Shown in pieces: positions 42,901-45,803 of a stretch of DNA of 45,803 nucleotides. Location of the stretch: the IMG/VR virus record IMGVR_UViG_3300020686_000006, positions 1-45,803 of that record. The stretch is one strand, 5' to 3'. The position numbers and the translations under genes are program-made. This stretch comes from a virus. Its lineage: Duplodnaviria > Caudoviricetes. The notes under the pieces were generated by a model that was not told where the DNA came from, made no database searches, and worked only from the letters and a program-made list of their open reading frames with translations. Numbering within the stretch: position 1 is the first letter of the stretch; each line of letters starts with the position of its first letter.

Positions 42901-45803
42901 TTAAGTCCATACTTTGTTTTTTCGACATCGTCATATATTTTCTCCATAAAATCTGCCACATTAGGCAGATGCTCTTCTAAAAAGTCACGACCTAATGAAG
43001 TATTGTACGACGCCCATAACTGAGCAAACAACTCTTCTCTAATAGAGTCCCCATCCATATTTGGGTTTTGTTTTCTATCAAATGGGTATACCAAATGCTG
43101 AGACAACTCACTATTAGGTTCTGCTAAATAGTGCTCGTGTACCTCTTTAATAATATTCCCCATAGGGATAATCTTGTTGTTCTTAACGGCAACATTGAAC
43201 TCAGGCAAACTGGAAAATATGCCACCCATACCAGAGCCAAGATCATCTATGGCATGTCCAATCTCGTGGTGTGTTGTCCACTCAGTATTTATAGCATCGT
43301 GCAAACTGCCAACTCTAAAGACAATAGCATTTTGCCCGTTGATTTGCATAAAAGCACCATCCCAAGGTACTTCATCGTCAGTTACATACCAAGCTTCAAC
43401 AGCGTCAAGTACATGAGCCATTCCCCTATTTTCATAGTGAGAGAAAGCTCGAGCAATGCCCGGATACTTTTGGTCAAGTTCAGATAAAGACTTTTCATCC
43501 GCTACAAAAGTATTATTATCTTCATCAAGTAAAGTCATTGACCTTGGGTTTTTAAGGAAGTTAACCTTTTCTTCTTTGCCAACCACAACTCGAGTTTGTA
43601 AATTTTTATTGGCATTTGGTACAGTAGTTGTAATTGTTTGTGTAACAGGGTTTACCGATCTGCGGTTAATATCTGTAGCCTTAGTGGCTTCGCCATTAAT
43701 AAAGTTCATGACGTTGTTGTCTTTATCAGGAACTATAAATATAGTAGCTCCGTCCAACTCGTTCTCATGTTCTTTAAGTAACTTACCAAAAGTGGCTTTA
43801 TCCACGTTGATACAACCAAAAGAATACCTAGAGTTTTGTGCTCCAGGTTCTTTAAGCGCTTGCAGGCGCTTTGGTGCATCTGGAAGATGCGTATATACAG
43901 AATGTAGATAAGTTGTAAAGTATTGGTTTTTTGTATCTGGGTCTGTCTCTACTGATCCAAACACGGTATCAAAATCATAGCCTTCAGTACTTGAGGTATG
44001 AGTGCGCTTAACCATTGTCCTAAGGCCAGCTGGAGTAATCTTATTAGCATCAAGGTTGTTATCGCCTTTAGCAAAATCGCCAAAGCTTTTTGCTAGTAAT
44101 ACTTTGCTCTTTAAAAGTAGTGTTCCATCTGGGTTAAACACAAACTGCATTGCAGTTGGCTTATCCGTAATCAAAAATAGCTTGTTTGACTTAATTAAAT
44201 CATCTTTGATTGCTGGGTAAAGAACTTCATACGCCCGTTTTGCCTGCGCAGACATATCTTTAGCAGCTTCCACAGGAACAGGTTGTGTTACTTCAACAGT
44301 TCTTGTTTGCGTAATTGGTACAGTTATTGGGATTGGTTGCGATAAGAAACTTGGATTAAATACCAACGCTACGGCTAGTACCCCTTCGGATACTGCTTTA
44401 ATAATGTCACGGACTGCACCAGCTACGGCTGTTGCACCTTTGTTTATATAAGCGACAACATCGTCTCTTACCTTAGCGGCAAACTCAGCGGTTCCACGCT
44501 TAACGCCGTAGAACTTTTCTAAACGGCTAGTCTGACCTTCCGTCAGCTTTTCAATATGCGGGGTTAGTAGTTCTTCAGTAACAGAAGTAACAGGTGGTGT
44601 TGTACTCTCTTTGGCAGTGGTAGGCTGCTCAGAAACCTCAGAAGTTTTATTCTGTGTGGCTTCTTTATTAAGTTTAACAAGCTCTGCACGAACGTCACTA
44701 GGTGTCCAGTTATCTTTGCCATAGTCAATGAAAGTCTCTCGTTGGTCTTTAGTTAGTTCCGCAAACTTTGGCGCACCAGGGATAGTGTCTGCAACTTTAT
44801 TCCAAGACTCTTCCGCCAACTCAACATCAGTTTTAATAACTGTGGGTTCTACCTTTTTCTGCTCGCTTGGCTTTTCACTGGTTTTTTCGGTGCTACTTTG
44901 TTTGGTAGATTTTTTGGATTCGGCGTTTCCTTTGCCCACCTTTTTGCTACTTTGGGCTGGTTTGCGAACATTTCCCTCATCTGTGCTTTGCTCTTGAACG
45001 GCATTTTCTTCCTCTCCTTCTTCATTGTTAGTTACAACTACTCCACTATTCTTATCCCAAGTGGCTTGCTTTTTGCCGTACTCAGCCCAAGCGGCTTTAA
45101 TTTTCTCATCTAAGTCTTTACGGCGTGGGTCTTTTTCGGGTAAAGCATCTCGTTCTTTGGTGAGCTTTTCTATCTTGTCAAAAGTGGCCTTCGATAAAGA
45201 CTCCACTGCCCCTTGGCTACCGCCTGCTTCTGCGATAGTTCCCATAGACTGGCCTTCTTTTTCTTCGCCAGAACCGTAAATCTCATCAGATAAAAGTTTG
45301 CTTCTATCGCCCTCTTGATTGCCACCTTCCAGTTCTTCCGCAAGAGACTGTGGTTCATCTGTTGTCTCATATCTAGTAGCGTATAGACCTGCTAATTGCT
45401 GCTCCCCAATACCATCAGGAAACTCTGCAGACCTATAGTTCTCGGCTTCCCTAACAACTGTTTTCGCTAAGTCTGGGTTTGTAACAACATACTCGCTTGT
45501 CTTTGGGTCTAATTTAATACCAAGGCGTTCAAGTTGTTTTTCAACTGTTGATACATTAAGTCCAGTTAACCGGGCGATATCGGCTTGTTTTAGTTGCTCA
45601 AGTAAACTTAAACGAACTAGCTCAACACGTGTTTTAGCGTCAACCGCATTATTTCTATTGGTAAGTGGCGCTAATGCTTTTTCAAGCAGCTCACTAATTA
45701 TTTCAATTCGGCGGGCGCTTGGGATGTGTGAGAGGTCTGTGGAGTAGTATGCTGGCGGGCTAGGTGGTACATTTTGCTGATCCACTGTGGCCTGACTGGC
45801 TTG
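39930..45803 (-). CDS. Large polyvalent / internal virion (ejection-type) protein, 5'-truncated; HTH, L,D-transpeptidase-like, zincin and PLxRFG-like regions
   Basis: Frame open to the window end. HTH-like QADIARLTGLNVSTVEKQL; TDK..ITPAG..LHSV..SFGCINV; HEIGH..EELFAQ; PYGHLARYGNY followed by a long helical C-terminus. Confidence 0.8.
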   Translation of the reverse strand, partial: QASQATVDQQNVPPSPPAYYSTDLSHIPSARRIEIISELLEKALAPLTNRNNAVDAKTRVELVRLSLLEQLKQADIARLTGLNVSTVEKQLERLGIKLDPKTSEYVVTNPDLAKTVVREAENYRSAEFPDGIGEQQLAGLYATRYETTDEPQSLAEELEGGNQEGDRSKLLSDEIYGSGEEKEGQSMGTIAEAGGSQGAVESLSKATFDKIEKLTKERDALPEKDPRRKDLDEKIKAAWAEYGKKQATWDKNSGVVVTNNEEGEEENAVQEQSTDEGNVRKPAQSSKKVGKGNAESKKSTKQSSTEKTSEKPSEQKKVEPTVIKTDVELAEESWNKVADTIPGAPKFAELTKDQRETFIDYGKDNWTPSDVRAELVKLNKEATQNKTSEVSEQPTTAKESTTPPVTSVTEELLTPHIEKLTEGQTSRLEKFYGVKRGTAEFAAKVRDDVVAYINKGATAVAGAVRDIIKAVSEGVLAVALVFNPSFLSQPIPITVPITQTRTVEVTQPVPVEAAKDMSAQAKRAYEVLYPAIKDDLIKSNKLFLITDKPTAMQFVFNPDGTLLLKSKVLLAKSFGDFAKGDNNLDANKITPAGLRTMVKRTHTSSTEGYDFDTVFGSVETDPDTKNQYFTTYLHSVYTHLPDAPKRLQALKEPGAQNSRYSFGCINVDKATFGKLLKEHENELDGATIFIVPDKDNNVMNFINGEATKATDINRRSVNPVTQTITTTVPNANKNLQTRVVVGKEEKVNFLKNPRSMTLLDEDNNTFVADEKSLSELDQKYPGIARAFSHYENRGMAHVLDAVEAWYVTDDEVPWDGAFMQINGQNAIVFRVGSLHDAINTEWTTHHEIGHAIDDLGSGMGGIFSSLPEFNVAVKNNKIIPMGNIIKEVHEHYLAEPNSELSQHLVYPFDRKQNPNMDGDSIREELFAQLWASYNTSLGRDFLEEHLPNVADFMEKIYDDVEKTKYGLNKANSGKTKVNPNITQKTGDVESGQLQRSQVAVRLRENRTQQRIEKTIDGLPPNLQKPTKVIVNGLVSQLHNKFGAAKDIVLKSAITEDIVKFATKHMPSAARYLTSQYARQADVAKWNNRIDKILTAHDALEGEEKGTGASSVNKFIEDSVMLGKWGYMPEEHRIGTTLIYDLMDDDLVKRFKAFSSEGQEVIKNYFEHGYQALIAKQIAAKEAVNREFAEAERLALGIPNDEAQVAADKKAAMSKIVELDPSVPYGHLARYGNYLVVAKSAEYQAYEDILKGENAAPVGNHGVVGTTNSAKIWMDENQSNPTHYVVQFADTIGEAKAIANNLAATGHYDHVEASPKETEASYTGGSDMHLAVARLRNLMKRQTEDKGSPEYKAFDNMIGNLYLMTVAQNSAKKFTLQQKKIAGYDSNMMRNLATAGRADAHFLATMKHNDAINDSIDKMREEARRNRGEAMPYFNELINRHTQSMDYKTPSVLAKTLNQMNHIWSLTFSPAFYLQQMLQTGAISLPYLAGRIGYANATRHIARAYDDIAKIKDIFNFKDVNNHVDFSKAPADVRAMLERLVGMGKIDIGMDSEFKARSHEQGVFGKVMYKMQGITNRIEAINRSVAAIAAYRGYLERYGNTSTEAAIQYASDVVSDTHGSYDSFNTPRALKGVTGQIIGQFRRFQIIQLSMLGKLIHSSFNSASKEERMVARKTLAFISAQMAVVGGALGVPFVSQLMFLTLKMFGSPDEPDDPEYKLRKLIGNPVAADLLLRGVTGAVGWESLGKKLSMENVASPFGGYVVPDLTSRTGVEQTALAILGPSLNLAEKFADAYQLVNQGNYYKGIEMAMPNGIANILKAVRFAEEGMTMRNGDLVMKPQDVGILTAASQLVGLPTNQITHQQFAQKVKAEYDKEYEARLTEIKGEYVKAARASDYKAMSNAREEFKRMEESRVANGYKRQPLSELLKAPMAAKKRENSVVNGVESSKQNKQFLATMGV

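Noticed and set aside
39943-45370. Numerous + strand ORFs antisense to the giant gene, and similar shadow ORFs across both arms
   Set aside because: Antisense or alternative-frame shadows of long genes with no SD or recognisable motifs.
1-45803. Prophage with att sites or host flanks
   Set aside because: No integrase, host housekeeping genes or boundary seen; the window is phage-like end to end.

Overview
The window is a roughly 46-kb fragment of a tailed dsDNA bacteriophage with a podovirus-like virion module; the host is probably a Gram-negative betaproteobacterium (inference). The left arm (1-18140, minus strand) carries small basic genes, a ribbon-helix-helix protein, TerS, TerL, portal, scaffold, major capsid, adaptor/tail proteins, an array of modular tail-fibre-like genes (one with a peptidase-S74 chaperone) and a membrane/lysis-like cluster cut off by the window edge. 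The control region (18140-20170) holds a lone + strand gene with its own terminator, a ~325-nt highly structured RNA candidate and an AT-rich GAATATTCC repeat cluster (putative origin). The early/replication arm (19031-39632, plus strand) has many small genes, an AAA+ / helical protein / HExxH-vWA module, a family A DNA polymerase (Leu762 type), PD-(D/E)XK, VRR-NUC and HNH-like nucleases, a SNF2-like helicase, an SSB-like protein and a primase-DUF927 helicase fusion. The right end (minus strand) encodes a 5'-truncated >1950-aa polyvalent/ejection-type protein with an L,D-transpeptidase-like domain, a HExxH zincin motif and a PLxRFG-like region. The most notable observations are that L,D-transpeptidase insertion and three candidate structured RNAs (early leader, pseudoknot before the polymerase, triple motif before the scaffold). 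No integrase, tRNA, CRISPR array or reverse transcriptase was seen. All family calls are by eye from motifs, not database searches.
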